64,000 bases of DNA from the NCBI GenBank assembly GCA_951406725.2, contig OX597830.1, positions 43,834,001 to 43,898,000 of the forward strand. Direction: 5' to 3'. The notes below the pieces were generated by a model. It was not told the origin of the DNA. It worked only from the letters and a program-made list of their open reading frames with translations, and made no database searches. Source of the stretch: Octopus vulgaris (lineage: Eukaryota). Of this stretch, positions 26,930 through 40,750 are shown piece after piece (position 1 is the stretch's first letter; each line of letters opens with the position of its first letter). The position numbers and the translations under genes are program-made.

Positions 26930-27660
26930 TTTTTATGTACATACATTACAGCACAGTGTGTCAGACAGTGTTGCTTCATTGTGATACAGAGTCATGTCTT
27001 CAAACAGCAAAGTGTGCTGAACATCCTCTGACTTGATGCAACAGACACTGGCTTGCAGCACGATGACATTCTCATCACAAAGGCTTGTGCATAGTGCTTT
27101 CAGAAGAATGGTGCAGTAATGAACAAAGTTCAATGCATCAGTGACCACAGCAGCCGTAGATCCAACTTCTTGGAGGATATGATTCTGAGAGTGGTTTCTG
27201 CAGTGTACAAAATATGTAGCAGGAAACATGTCTTTCAATCTCTTTTGTGTGCCTGAAATGTTTCTGCTCATGGTATGTGTGCCATCAATGGCAAAAGCAG
27301 CATAACCTTGATCCCAGAGAAATATTTAAGCAACAAAAACATCCAGAATAACTTTAGTCAGTGCCTTCAAAGAGTAGTCAGGAGGATCATAAAAGCCTTG
27401 AAAATCTTTGTGGACATCTTGGCTTTCAGAAACGTAATGACAATAATGGATTTTTGTTGCATGCCAGAGCAATCACATATAACATCAATAAACATGGAAT
27501 CTCCAACAATTTTTCTGATCTCATGTAGGGTGTTATGAGCATATGGTCTAGGATTATATTTTGTATGGTATCAGATGGGAAATCAACTTGTTTAAGCTGC
27601 TGACTTATTTCTGCACCACATTTTACAGCAAGTTGTTTCATGAGATGGCACTAGTAACTT
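26930..27660 (-). mobile_element. hAT-superfamily (ZMYM1/Zaphod-like) transposase remnant
   Basis: DTIQNIILD, DGTHTMSRNISGTQKRLKDMFPATYFVHCRNHSQN (CxxH motif); frameshifted. Confidence 0.8.
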
Positions 27661-27664
27661 CTTT

Positions 27665-27855
27665 TATCTTTTACTAAGGATATTCCTTGATCCTTCAACA
27701 ATGGAACTGCAAACTGCTGTTATCTTTTACTAAGGATTTCCTTAATTCTCTGATCATGTAAGTGCTAACCACTATTATCTTTCACTAAGGATGTTCCTTA
27801 ATTCTTCACTGAATTGATAACTGCTAATGTCCTATATTAAAGATATTCTTTAATT
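27665..27855. repeat. ~56-bp degenerate minisatellite (about 4 units)
   Basis: TATCTTTTACTAAGGAT(A)TTCCTT(A/G)AT recurs at ~27665, 27721, 27776 and 27833. Confidence 0.7.
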
Positions 27856-29129
27856 TTTTTCTTTCCAAAGACAGAATAGTTGACTTATATGGAAATAACA
27901 TATGATCCATATGCTCAGCTATTCTAGAAACAACTGCAAGGAATTTTACGTATTATTTCTAAATCCCTTATTTACTGTAACTACTCAGCAATTATGTTTG
28001 GATTAAAAATGACATGCTCTAAAGTGATCCCACATATTTTACTTGTTCATCTTTTTTCCTACTGTATATCTAGCTGCTCAATGATGAACTACTTATAGCC
28101 ATCTTTGATAGGCAGCTTCAACAATACCTTTGTTTCAGCTGCTGTTCAAGCTAGGGTTGTAGTGGTAAACCAGCCTGAACACTTATTGCACATACCTATC
28201 ACATTATATCATTAGTTGAAGTTTTGTAAATATATATATATCATCATCATCATCATCTGCTTTCCATGCTGGCATGGGTTGGACTGTTTGACTTAGGACT
28301 GACAAGCCAGGAGGCTGCAGCAGGCTCCAATCTGATCTGGCAAGGTTTCTATGGCTTCCTAATGCCAACCACTCCAAAAGTGTAGGGGTGCTTTTTATGT
28401 GCCACTAGCACAGGAGCCAGTCAAGTAACACTGGCATCAACCATATGTGTGTGTGTGTGTGTGGGTATGCTGTTGCCAGTGTTGCCTGACTGGCTCCCCG
28501 TGCTGGTGGCACATAAAAAGCACCATCCAAACATGGTTGATGCCAGGCTCCCCCACCCTGACTGGCTCCTGTGCCAGTTGCACGTAAAAAGTATCATCCA
28601 AATGTGGCCGATGGCAGTACCGCCTGACTGGTTCCTGTGCCAGTGGCATGTAAAAAGCACCCACTACACTCTTGGAGTGGTTGGCGTTAGGAAGGGTATC
28701 CAGCTGTAGAAACGTTGCCAAATCAGATTGGAGCCTAGTGCAGCCAGTCCTCAGGTAAACCGTCCAACCCATGCCAGCATGAAAAATGGATGTTAAACGA
28801 TGATGAGGAGGAGAAGGATGAGGCTGCTGCTGATGATGATGATGATAAGTATTCATATTTGTGTTTTTTTTTGTGTGTGTGTGTATTCTTTTACTTGTTT
28901 CAATCATTTGACTGCAGCCATGCTGGAGCACTAGCTTTAGTCAAGCAAATTGACCCTAGGACTTATTCTTAGTAAGCCTAATACTTATTCTATTGGGGTC
29001 TTTTTCTGAACCACTAAGTGATGGGGACATAAACACACCAACATCTGTTGTGAAGTGATGGTGGGGGAGACAAATACACACACTCACACACACACACACA
29101 TACACACACACACACACATGCATGCACAC

Positions 29130-29164
<35 letters not shown>

Positions 29165-31653
29165 CGAAGTATGGTTGCACTGTTGAATGTGGTTTGAGTT
29201 CTATGGTTTGTGGCTGTTGGTTTTACTATTGGACCCAGTAGATATCTGGGTGACTTCTGGGTTTCAATGAAAGTCTGGACCAGCACTGGACATTCCTACT
29301 GTAGATCTGGTGGTTTGGTGTTATGCTTTTACTAGGGTATCAAGTCCCAGGAAGACGAGTGAAGGGACAGTCACACATCAGACATAACCTTTTGTGCAAA
29401 GAATAGCAACAGATTTAGGATTCCGGGTTACATGTGCAGAAGTTATTAAATGTGATTTAGCATTTAATGGTGATGGTGATGGTGTAAGATGTGTGCTTTG
29501 ACATTGGCCAGTGTTGCTTGTACGAACTGTGTATCTTGTCTCAGGTAAATGAGTGAAGTTACAATCACTGCGTAATGCATAGCCCTTTGCATTGAGAACG
29601 GCAACATATTTTGGGGTTTCCTTTGTTGATAATTTTAATTGTACTTTTACTTTATTCTTTTATTTGTTTCAGTTATTTGACTGCAGCCATGCTGGAGTAC
29701 CACCTTTTGATAAACAAATCACCCCCAGGACTTTTTCTTTATAAGCTGAGTACTTATTTATAGGCCCTTTTGCCCGACCACTAAGTTACAGGGACATACA
29801 CACACCAACATCTGTTGTCAAGCGACCTGTACCCATATATGCATGTATATATACATATATATGTAGGTATGTACATATATGTATATATGCATATATTTAT
29901 ATATTATTTATATTATTATTTGATTGAACGCCACGCATCCTTTTCCAAGTAAGTTTTATCTAAATAATTACGATGTGCACTCTTCTATCTTTACTATGTC
30001 TTCCCTGTCTATCTCTCTCCCTCTCCTGTTCTTCATCCTTTCTGGTTTTCTCTCCCACCCTTTCCTATTCTTCTCCTCTCCTCTTCACCGTTCCCTCTCT
30101 CTCACTCATCCTCCTCGACTCTCTCATCATTGACACGTGATGAAAGAGAATCTATCTTTCTGCCCATTACCTTACTAAAGACAACACGTGCTTATACTGT
30201 CTCCTCTCATAAGCTTGTCTTCCTAGCATTCATAATAATTTTTCTATTTTTTTGGCTTAACAGCTCTCACCATTTGTTTTTACTGTTTTTTTCTCACTGT
30301 CCTGTTCTTGTTACCACTTTCACCCTTCGCAAAAAATTGCAAATTTAATTTAATTTAATTTGCTTTGTGGGAGGAACTATACGAAGTCGCGTATTGTCCT
30401 TGCCTTTGTAATGCGGAGTAGATGAAACAGGGACAACTGGAGAAGGGGAGCATTATTTAAGTTGCATAAGGCGGCGAGCTGGCAGAAACGTTAGCTCGCC
30501 GGGCGAAATGCTTAGCGGTATTTCGTCTGCGTTACGTTGTGAGTTCAAATTCCGCCGAGGTCGACTTTGCCTTTCATCCTTTCGGGGTCGATAAATTAAG
30601 TACCAGTTACGCCCGTTGTATATATATATATATATATATATACAACGGGCTTCTTTCAGTTTCCATCTACCAGGTCAACCTGAGGCTCTAGAAGAAGACA
30701 CTTGTCCAACATATCACACAGTGAAACTGAACCCAGAACCACTTCTGCCCCTATTTACATTTGACAGATTTATCATAGAGCTGTCAGGTATTCATTCAGA
30801 CTGAGGTGGACGGGGAATGGGGAGGGTGATTCTTCATTTATTGTAGTGGTGGTGGTGGCGGTGGCGGTGGCAGTGGCAGTGGCGGTGGTGGTGCAGCAGC
30901 AGCAGTAAAATAGGATGACAATGGTTATGATGGATCTCTTGTATTATTCTGAGAAGAATCTGAATGGCCTGACTATGGTGAAGAGCCAGGGACTGTGTTG
31001 TTGAATAGGTCATCAATTGTCTTAGTATTGAAGAGTGACTTCCAATGCTAATTTCCTTGTTGTTGCTATTGTTTAGTAGTGGTAAGGGTAATAGCAGCAG
31101 GACATGATGGCAATGAGGATGATGAGTCAGTTGTGGTATTCAGAGCAAAAGAGGAAGTGGACAGCAAGATTGTGAAGGGATCTTAATTGTGGAGTTTAAT
31201 AGGTCACCAATTATGTTATTATTGTTGTCATGTGTGTGTGTGTGAGGTGGTAAAGCATGATCTTCAAACGTCAGGCATCACAAGGTAGTGACTTTGGTGA
31301 TGTGCCATGCTTGAGAAGACCTGTCAGGCCAGGTGAAATCATAATCATGGCTGATGCTGGTGTCACATAAATGGCACCCTTGCTGGTGGCACATAAAAAG
31401 CACCTTTCAAGCATTTGGCCTCACAGAGGCAATGACAAATGAACGGTTTTTAAATCAAAGCTGGACATCTTCCTGTCGAGAGTCCCAGATGAACCTACCT
31501 CACGGCAAGAGGTGCAAATGAGAGTTGCTATATCAATCTCCATTCTTCACCAAGTGCCACATATTAGACGAGGTTCTTCACAATAACAGTATAGCACAAA
31601 ACGGTGGTGCATCAGCATGGCCGCAGCTCTGAGCTGAAACTAGAGAAAAAAAA

Positions 31654-31681
<28 letters not shown>

Positions 31682-31684
<3 letters not shown>

Positions 31685-33350
31685 AGCAGAGTTAACCGGC
31701 ATTGCCCGAATTACATACAATTGAAGAATTAGACTTTTCTGTAATGAACTGAAATACCTATGCTTCGAATTTCATCAAAATTGCGGATGAGGGTTATTTC
31801 CCTCTTTACACACCCAAACAAAATTGTAATTGTGCCACATGTATCCCATACTACTGATTTTTATGTGCATATTCCAAAATTCCAGCCTTATAGAACCTGT
31901 TAAAAGGATTTTACTCCTGAAAAATGGAGGTCATGGAGCGCTCTAAAATGTGAGAGTTAAGTCCCCTATTGGTGGGGAGTATCTTAATGTCAACCAGAGA
32001 AGTTGAATTGTTGATAATCTTTTTAACTTGGGTCTTATATCTATTGAATTTCTTTGAAATAGGAAATATATGTTCACTGGGTTTGTAAAAGAGAGCAAAG
32101 CTAAAGGAAACCAAAAGATGAATGATCACAATAAGCAGTCAGCTACAGTACCCTAGTCGTTGCCACTCCCAATGTCGTATTCCTCACCATGCAGGTGACA
32201 GGCACAGCCATAAGATGCATTACCAATCTATAGCAATTGGAAGGGCGTGACCCAACTGAAATAAACATTAACAACTGTGTGACGTAAGGGCTAAGGAGAA
32301 ATGAAAGTTGGAGTTTGCAAATGACCACTATACTGATACGTAACTGGATAGAATAAATATACAAGCTATAAATGTCTTTGAATAACCAGTCACTCGTCTG
32401 GGAAGGCCTTGAAATCAATGTTACCATGTGGGGACTAGGTGTAACCCAGTGATAATAAAAAGACTGAAAAGAGATCTGCAATCAAATAATTTTACTCAAC
32501 ACTTTGCAACTGAATCAGTGGAGGCAAAGATGCCTCTCATTTACTTGACAATTTATGCAGCACATTGCAGAAATCACAATCTAAGTGTATGTCAAAGCAA
32601 ACTCTTACACTGTTGTATCATTGAATTACAAATAATGCTCATCTTCTATACTCAGATGACCCCACAGCTTCCTAGAGTACAACTATTTGTCTTTACTTAG
32701 ATAAAATGACAAAATTGTGAGTGTTAAGTCCCCATGAAGGGATCTTTCTAACTTGTAAGAAGATGAAATTTTATAAATATTACTTCATTTGTATCTAATA
32801 TCTATGGTTAAAATTTCATCAACAGCAAAAATATATAAATTGTTATGGGGGTTGTGACCTTTATGCATAGAATATAATTTCCAAATTTCGTAAAGATCCA
32901 TTCAGTACTTTTGACTTAGTTTTGGATCATAAAAGAAATGGCTAAAATTTGGGAGTTTAGGCCCCAATTAGGGTGTCTTAGAATCCTCATGTGAAGTGGA
33001 AACTTTGAGAATACTTCTTGATGTGTGTCAATTACCCATGGTTGAAATTTCATCAACATCGAAAATTTATGAATTTTCATGGGGGGTTCTGCCCCCTTTA
33101 AGCCATCTGAAATTTAAACCAAACATATTGCATTATACCTGCCCTTATGCATTGAATCTAAGTTTCAAATATCATAAGGATCCATTCAGTAATTTTGGTC
33201 CATGAAATTGTATGAAACACACAGCATTGCTCTTCTCCCTAGGCTTCGATTTTGTGTTCCAAATTTCATTATGATCGGTGCAGCAATTTTCGAATGTATA
33301 AGTAATACACGAACACATAAAGACATTGTCTTTGATATAATAAATACGAA
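31682..33350 (-). mobile_element. Non-autonomous Helitron-like element
   Basis: Minus-strand 3' end CGGGCAATGCCGG...CTGCTAG matches the 3' end of 55041-55505; internal AAATTTCATC repeats. Confidence 0.55.
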
Positions 33351-33353
33351 TGT

Positions 33354-33438
<85 letters not shown>

Positions 33439-34900
33439 TGTGTGTGTGTGTGCTTGTGTGTGTGTATGTGTATTATATATATATATATATATACATATAT
33501 ACACACACACACACAAAGATAGATTGATAGATACAACTGAGTGGGCAACCAAAAATATGAGACACAGCGTACTGCTTTTTTTATGTTGATAAACCTTGTA
33601 CTTATTCTATTAGTTTCTTGTTGTGAAACCAGTAAGTTATGGGGATGTAAATAAACGAACAGCAGTTGTGAAGCAGTGATGAGGGTGAAACACAGAAACA
33701 AAGTCACACACATACACTTAAATATATACATACATATGTATACAATTGATTTCTTTAAGTTTCTGTCTACGGAGTCCATATATATATATATGTGTATGTA
33801 TGTATGTATACACACACACACACACACAAAAATAAATTGTGTGCACAAACAAAAATATGAGATACTGCTCTTTACTCTTTTACTTGTTTCAGTCATTTGA
33901 CTGCAGCCATGCCTAGTGTTTTTTTTTTTATTTAGATAAGCCTGGTACTTATTCTATCAGTTTCTTCTTGTGAAACCAGTAAGTTATGGGGATGTAAATA
34001 AACGAACACCAGTTGTGAGGCAGTGATGAGGGAGAAACACAAAGAAACACACACAGACTTACATATATACATATATATACGATTGATTTCTTTCAGTTTC
34101 TGTCTACAAAATCCACTGACAAGGCTTTGGTTGGTCTGAGGCTAGCAGAAGACACCTGCCAAGTCACCATACAGTGGGACTGAACCCAGGACCATGTGTT
34201 TTGGAACAAAGTTTGTTACCACACAGCCACACTTGCACCTACGTATGTGTGTGTGTGTGTGTGTATGAGTGTATATATGTATGCATGTATATATGTGAAT
34301 ATATATGTGTACATATTACATGTACATCTATATATATATATACATCTACACATATACATGTATACATATACATCTATATGTATAGAAATAAATGTATACA
34401 TATACAGTTATACACACACACACACATACATAGGTGCAGGTGTGGCTGTGTGGTAACAAACTTCGTTCCAAAACACATGGTCCTGGGTTTAAATTTAAAT
34501 TTAAAATAATAAGGGTGAGAAATTGAATATTAATTTGATTAATATGAATTGGCAACCAGTGGTGTAGCATATAAGACCATAGCAGATCTTCTTCTAGCAA
34601 AATGGATGTCCACTGTTAATGGTTCATCCCTCTTATATAATAGTTTGACTTTAATAGTTTCAGTATTAAAGTGAAAGTATCTGACATTACAATAGAGAGA
34701 TGTTTTTGTTTCACTTTTAACATGTAATACTGAAATAGTGGAGAAGATATGATATTGCCCTAGGCAAGAAGTTAAAAATTTTTTTTTGCCCATGACACTC
34801 CCTGGACCCTAAGTAAGGCATGTGTAAAATTTGAATGAAATTGGTTGTGTAGTTCTCAAGTTTTAGGGATTCACACAGACAGACAGACACACATTCTCAG

Positions 34901-34938
<38 letters not shown>

Positions 34939-34944
34939 TCACAC

Positions 34945-35565
34945 ACACACATTTGCATATATATATACAATACACTTACACACACTTCAAATTTACTTGC
35001 CATACATACAACTACGCACACTGGACACACACACACTACAACTCAACACACACATGGCACGTACATACGCCCCCACCCATTCCCTCTTTCCTCCTTTTAC
35101 CACTGACCACTGACTTGCGACTGCTATGTCAACTACCTTTCGCCCTACATACACACACTTACATACAGACGCACGCACTAACATATACATTTTTTTTTTT
35201 TTATCTCGCCTTACACACACATACACACACGCACACGTACACACTCACACATACATACACATTATTCTTCCCATTCATCGAGTTGTTACCAACCTTCCTT
35301 TTTCCGCTCTTTTGTCTTTAAAAACCAGCCCCTGTTATCCAAAACTTCCGGCCTTTCAGCATGTTTACTTTGTAAAAACCAGTCGCGTTTTTTTTCCCTC
35401 CATTCGCCCACCTCGGGATCTTTCTTTCTTCCTTCTCTTATGTTTCCAACGAAGAGCTCCGCTCGAAACGTCATACCCTCCTTCTTCCCTTTTTCCTGAG
35501 CGCCTAATAATAATACTTTATTTGTTCCACGTGTTGTTGTTTTTTCTGTTTTCCCGTTTGGATTA

Positions 35566-35570
<5 letters not shown>
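34945..35570 (+). mobile_element. Penelope-like terminal segment homologous to 48665-49305, with degenerate hammerhead at 35446-35472
   Basis: Colinear similarity to 48665-49305; CCAACGAA-GAGC-TCC-GCTC-GAAA-CG-TC; TA-flanked. Confidence 0.65.
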
Positions 35571-35612
<42 letters not shown>

Positions 35613-36209
35613 ATATGTATATATATATTCTTCTAATATAAGGATAAAATTTTATTAAAAAATTTTATCAGAGGCCAGCATATGAGAAATATCTTTTAAG
35701 GTGAAAATTATACAATTATAAATAAGGGCAAAAAGAAAAAATCTTCTTTGCCAATATGCTGAAAAATAGGCACTAAATCGTTTAACCACAAAATATTTTC
35801 ACTTTTTGGATGATTAAACCAGAAATCAGAACTGATTTGGGGATAACTATATTTTTATGAATTTCTGTTAGCTTGCTTTCCTGGTTTCGGCATATGGTGT
35901 AAAATAATACAAGTGACAATATTTTATGTAGTTACACAATTTAGTGTCTATTTTTCAGCATATTGACAAAGAATTTTTGTTCTTTTTGCCCTTATTCATA
36001 TATATATATATATATATATATTCAAAGTTCGCAGATGATCTAAATGATTAGGTACACCAGATAAGTGCTGTAATGGATTACTGAGGCTCCTAGGTTATAG
36101 CCAAGATGATAGTTATGGAGCCAGTGCAGATTTCCGATGCAGCAAATATATAATTGTTATACAGGACATCAAACACTAAGGCAAGGCAAAACATCTCAAG
36201 TCATATACA

Positions 36210-36252
36210 TTATTATTGAAGATTCCACTAGAGTGGACGAAAGCGCTAATAT
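36210..36252 (+). ncRNA. Minimal hammerhead-like motif in a TA-flanked PLE-type repeat
   Basis: TTGAAGA-T-TCCAC-TAGA-GTGGA-C-GAAA-GCGC-TA; palindromic stem III AGCGCT; decayed antisense copy at ~44130-44165. Confidence 0.5.
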
Positions 36253-36439
36253 ATGATACATGATTTATAAAAACATGTAACATACTAATAAATATCTGTA
36301 AATATAAAACCATCCAGATTTCTGAGTACCTCATTTCTTCTAATATATAATACCTGTACATCATCTCCAAACCTTCTAATATATATACATACATACATAT
36401 ATATATATATATACATACATACGTACATATATATATATA

Positions 36440-36475
<36 letters not shown>

Positions 36476-37000
36476 TAAACAATAATGATGATGATGATGA
36501 TTATATATACATAAGAATAGGCATATTAAAAGGTGTCCATAGGAAACTTCATTCAAATAAAAGTGTTAGGAACCACTGGTCTATACTGTAAGGCCTGTAC
36601 AGCACTAAAGTTGGTTGTTTTGTTCTGTTGTCATGAATACAAGATGATACGAATGGAAAACAATTTAGCGATTCCATGCCAGCATAGGAAAATGGGCATA
36701 AGAAGAAAAAAGTATGGCAATGATGAAGATAGTGGAAGACATGTGGTGGTGGTAGTGGTGGTGAGGGAGATGATGATGATGATGGTGATGGCTTTGACAA
36801 CAACAGAAATGGTAGTAATGGTGAAAGTAATGGTGATGATGATGATAATTGTGATGCTGATGGCAACGGTGGTGGTAATAGCAGTGGTTGTGGTGATGAT
36901 GATGATGATGATGATGATAATTTTAGTTGACACTTTTTCTTTCACATTGTTTCAAATGTTTAATGTTTTAACTGAAAGAGGTTTCTAATTTCATCCTCTC

Positions 37001-37036
<36 letters not shown>

Positions 37037-37037
37037 G

Positions 37038-37521
37038 CCCTGATGCAGTACCAGGCAGTGGCTCTTGTGGCTTCTGATCTTAACTGATTGGAAGTTTTAT
37101 CATGTACATTGTTTTGTCTTGGTATAAAAGAGGGGCTGCAGCAAATATTCTACTCAGTACCACAGATTTGCTTGTCAGTTGTTTGACCGTAACCAGTTGA
37201 CCATGTTCCTTAGTGGCTGATGATATGTGTATCTCTGATCATGAGCAGAAGTAGTGGGGGAGTATCATAGCCATGTGTTGAGAGGGATTCTTTGGGGTTT
37301 GGATAATTCACATTTGGAAACATGGGTGTTTTGTTCAACATCCTTAAACAACCCTTAATCAGGGACCTTTTGAGCAGGATGGGCTACTCAACCAGAAGAA
37401 AATTCTAACTGGGTCCCACCTGTAAGGTCATGCGCTGTTTATCTTGATATGAGATCACCATGCATCACAACTATATGTGCATGACATGGTGATCTCATAT
37501 CAAGATAAACAGCGCATGACC
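37038..37521 (+). mobile_element. Non-autonomous element abutting (TAA)n, ending in an inversion; same family as 56181-56734
   Basis: Reverse-complement homology with 56181-56734; 37-bp perfect palindrome arms 37426-37462 / 37485-37521. Confidence 0.8.
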
Positions 37522-38699
37522 ACACACACATACATACATACACACACATAAGTACACACTAACATACATGCATACACACACACATACATACATACATACA
37601 TACATACATACATACATACATACATACATACATACATACATACATACATACATACATACATACATACACACACATACACACATACATACATTGCAAAAGG
37701 CTATTCAATAAAATTACCATTCGCCTTGATAACTGACACAATATGGCTTCTGAAATGACTAAATATATTGATCAGGTGATCTTTATTCTTGTTAGTCATA
37801 ACCTCCCATATTAGAGGCATCAACGAGTCCTTGGTATTGTTGACATGCTTATTGGTCTCCCTCTCAATGATGCCCAATGATACATACATACATACATACA
37901 TACATACATACATACATACATACATACATACATACATACATACACACACATACACATATACATACACATATATACATATACACACATACATACACACATA
38001 CATACATACTCACACACATACATACATACATACATACATACACACACACATACATACATACATACATACATATATGCATATATCTATCTATTTATATATG
38101 TATGTATGTATGTATGGATACACACACACACAAAAACACACACACACTCACACATTCACACACACAAACTCCTTAATAGCAAATTTAGGGCAATATGAAC
38201 ATATTTAGATAAGAAAAATCAAGTGGTTTATCTTGACTTGCTTTTCTATTTTTTTGTATTGTCAAATATATCTGTTTGCTCATAAATTTGTGGTCCTTTC
38301 AGTGAGAGCGTTCAAAGAATACAGATCAGGGAGCAAAAACAAGCAGAAAAGAAACATCTTGCCATTGAGCCCCAGGAGTAACACCGTATTATGTTGTCAA
38401 CTTCATCAGAACACGTATTTGTTAACAAAACTCAGATTTGGCAAATTAGCTGTGAGGAAACGAGTGACACAAAGGAACAACAAGTCAATAACTGTAGCCA
38501 TTTTGATAATCAATATCAACAAATAAACAGCTCCAGAGAAGAAGATGTTACACCAAGTGATGAAGGGGACACTGATCTGGTAAAATTGAAATCTTGTTTA
38601 CTTGTGTTAAATTATTTTCAGTGAATGCTAGCAAAATAGCATCCAAAGTCACATGTGATTGATAGAAGCAATGTGTGTGTGTATAGATGAATAGACAGG

Positions 38700-38767
<68 letters not shown>

Positions 38768-38921
38768 CAGATAGATAGATGGATGGATGGATAGATAGAT
38801 AGACAGATATATATATATACACACACATATATGTTTACACGCACACAAACGCATTTATACACACACACGCACACTCAGACATATTTATACACACACGTGT
38901 GCATACACGCACACACACACA

Positions 38922-40133
38922 TAGTCCATCAGCTATCCAAAAACAAAATTTTAATTTAAGGAAAACAAAAATATTTTTGGAAAACTCAATATATTTTTAT
39001 AGAATTTGGTCCACATATTCTTATATGCATATTGCAAAAGGCTATTCAATAAAATTACCATCAGCCTCAATAACTGACTCAACATGGCTTCTGAAATGAC
39101 TAAATGCATTGATCAGGTGATCTTTATTCTTGTCAGTCATAACCTCCCATATTAGAGGCATCAACGAGTCCTTGGTATTGTTGACATGCTTATTGGTCTC
39201 CCTCTCAATGATGTCCCAGTTATAGTAGTTCAGGGGATTTTAATCAGGAGAGCTAGGAGGCCAAATGTTTAGAGTAACATAATCATGAAAACTTTTGGTC
39301 ATCTGCTTCTGGGTCGTGTAGGTTGTATGAGGGGGAATAGAGCCTTGCTGGAACATGTATAGCCTCCTTTGAGCAACTTTCTCTCAGTACAGGGTTTGAC
39401 AACCATCTGCATTGTCTCAATATAGGCTACTGCATTGAACCTAAGTTGTGGGAAAAGTGAAGAGGTATGACATGGCCCTTGACATACCTGCAAGACCATC
39501 ACTGACGATGGAACTTGGTATACATAACAGAGGGCCTTCTGTGGGGTTGGCATAGTGAACAGCCATCTGTCATTCCTCTTGTTCATTTTTTGATTTGGGA
39601 TAAAATTCTTTCCTCCTGAGAAAAATCAGAGCATGGACTCTCTCTGGTGCTTGCATTTGTTCAACAAGTGCTTTGGCCAACTACACTGTTCTCTCAGTTC
39701 TTCAAATAACAAAGAATTTGTACTTGATGTGTTTGAGCACCACACATCTCATCATCTACAACCCACAAAAATATTTGGCAATGGTTCTCGTTGACTTACC
39801 AGGATTCTCGTTGATGATGTTATAGACTAGCAGGACAAATCCAGCTTTTCTGAATATCAAGAATGCTTTTTTCACATTTGGCCATGAAAGATACATTCTC
39901 ATCAGAGGCCAGGGGTTCTTTCCTAATCTTAAAGACAAAGGACTCGGTGACATTTAAGAAGGTTGCAATTTCAGAATTACTGTGGTTGATGGCTGAGGTG
40001 ACAAGAACAACATGCCTTTTCATTGTCTGCATTAGATTCTAAGTTTCTAAGTTGGAACTAAAAAATAGAGCATATTTAGTAAAAAAATTGGGTCACTTAT
40101 GGTTCTTAAAGTTTTGTTCTCAAATAGCTGATG

Positions 40134-40138
<5 letters not shown>
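38922..40138 (-). mobile_element. Decayed Tc1/mariner (maT-like) transposon
   Basis: TIR-like CATCAGCTAT..AACAAAA.TTTAA at both ends; HSNSEIATFLNV (HTH), INENPGKSTRTIAK, ESVIEADGNFIE* (similar to 331-1171). Confidence 0.75.
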
Positions 40139-40203
<65 letters not shown>

Positions 40204-40204
40204 C

Positions 40205-40750
40205 TATTCTTTGGCCACCTTTGGTCAAGCCAACCGTGGGTATCACATCCATCCATTTATTGTCTAGGTTGGGCAACTCGGCTTGAGCAGCACCTCTTGT
40301 GGCTATGGAGACTGATGCAAGAATGATAGTCTCAGTTGCATAGATCGCATCTGTGTGTGGATTCTGGTCTGTCAGCTTTTGATCCCTTACGTCAGGCTCG
40401 CTTTACTGCAGCTGCAGCTGACAACTTCTCATCACCAATCCGTAGCTGTTTGAGAAGTGTGCTTTTCCACCAGGTGCGGTCTGTTGCCAGGTCCTCCCAG
40501 GAGTTGATGTTGATGCTGAGTGCTTTCCTGTCCCTCCTGCACACATTCTTGTACCTCAGCTGCAGGTGGCCCTTGTTCCTCTGTCGATGACTACGAACTT
40601 GAAGTTGTTCATCAATTCACCTGACAACCTCTCTCTCGATGCCGAGATTGACAAGAGAATTGGGAAGGCAGCCACTACACTCGCGTGCCTCACATCAAGA
40701 GTGTGGACAAGCCCAAAGTTGACCGTGAAAACAAAGATGGTGGTGTACAA
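40205..40750. mobile_element. RTE (BovB-like) LINE with 5' inversion
   Basis: Minus part encodes LRYKNVCRRD..SWEDLATDR..CDLC..HKRC; plus part encodes the upstream DDYELEVVHQFT..NLSLDAEIDKRIGKAATTL; junction at ~40583. Confidence 0.8.

Noticed and set aside
27665-27855. CRISPR array
   Set aside because: Eukaryotic context, no cas genes, degenerate repeats and mutually related spacers
38545-38610. Hammerhead at GTGATGA...GAAATC
   Set aside because: Stems II and III cannot be formed; too degenerate to call
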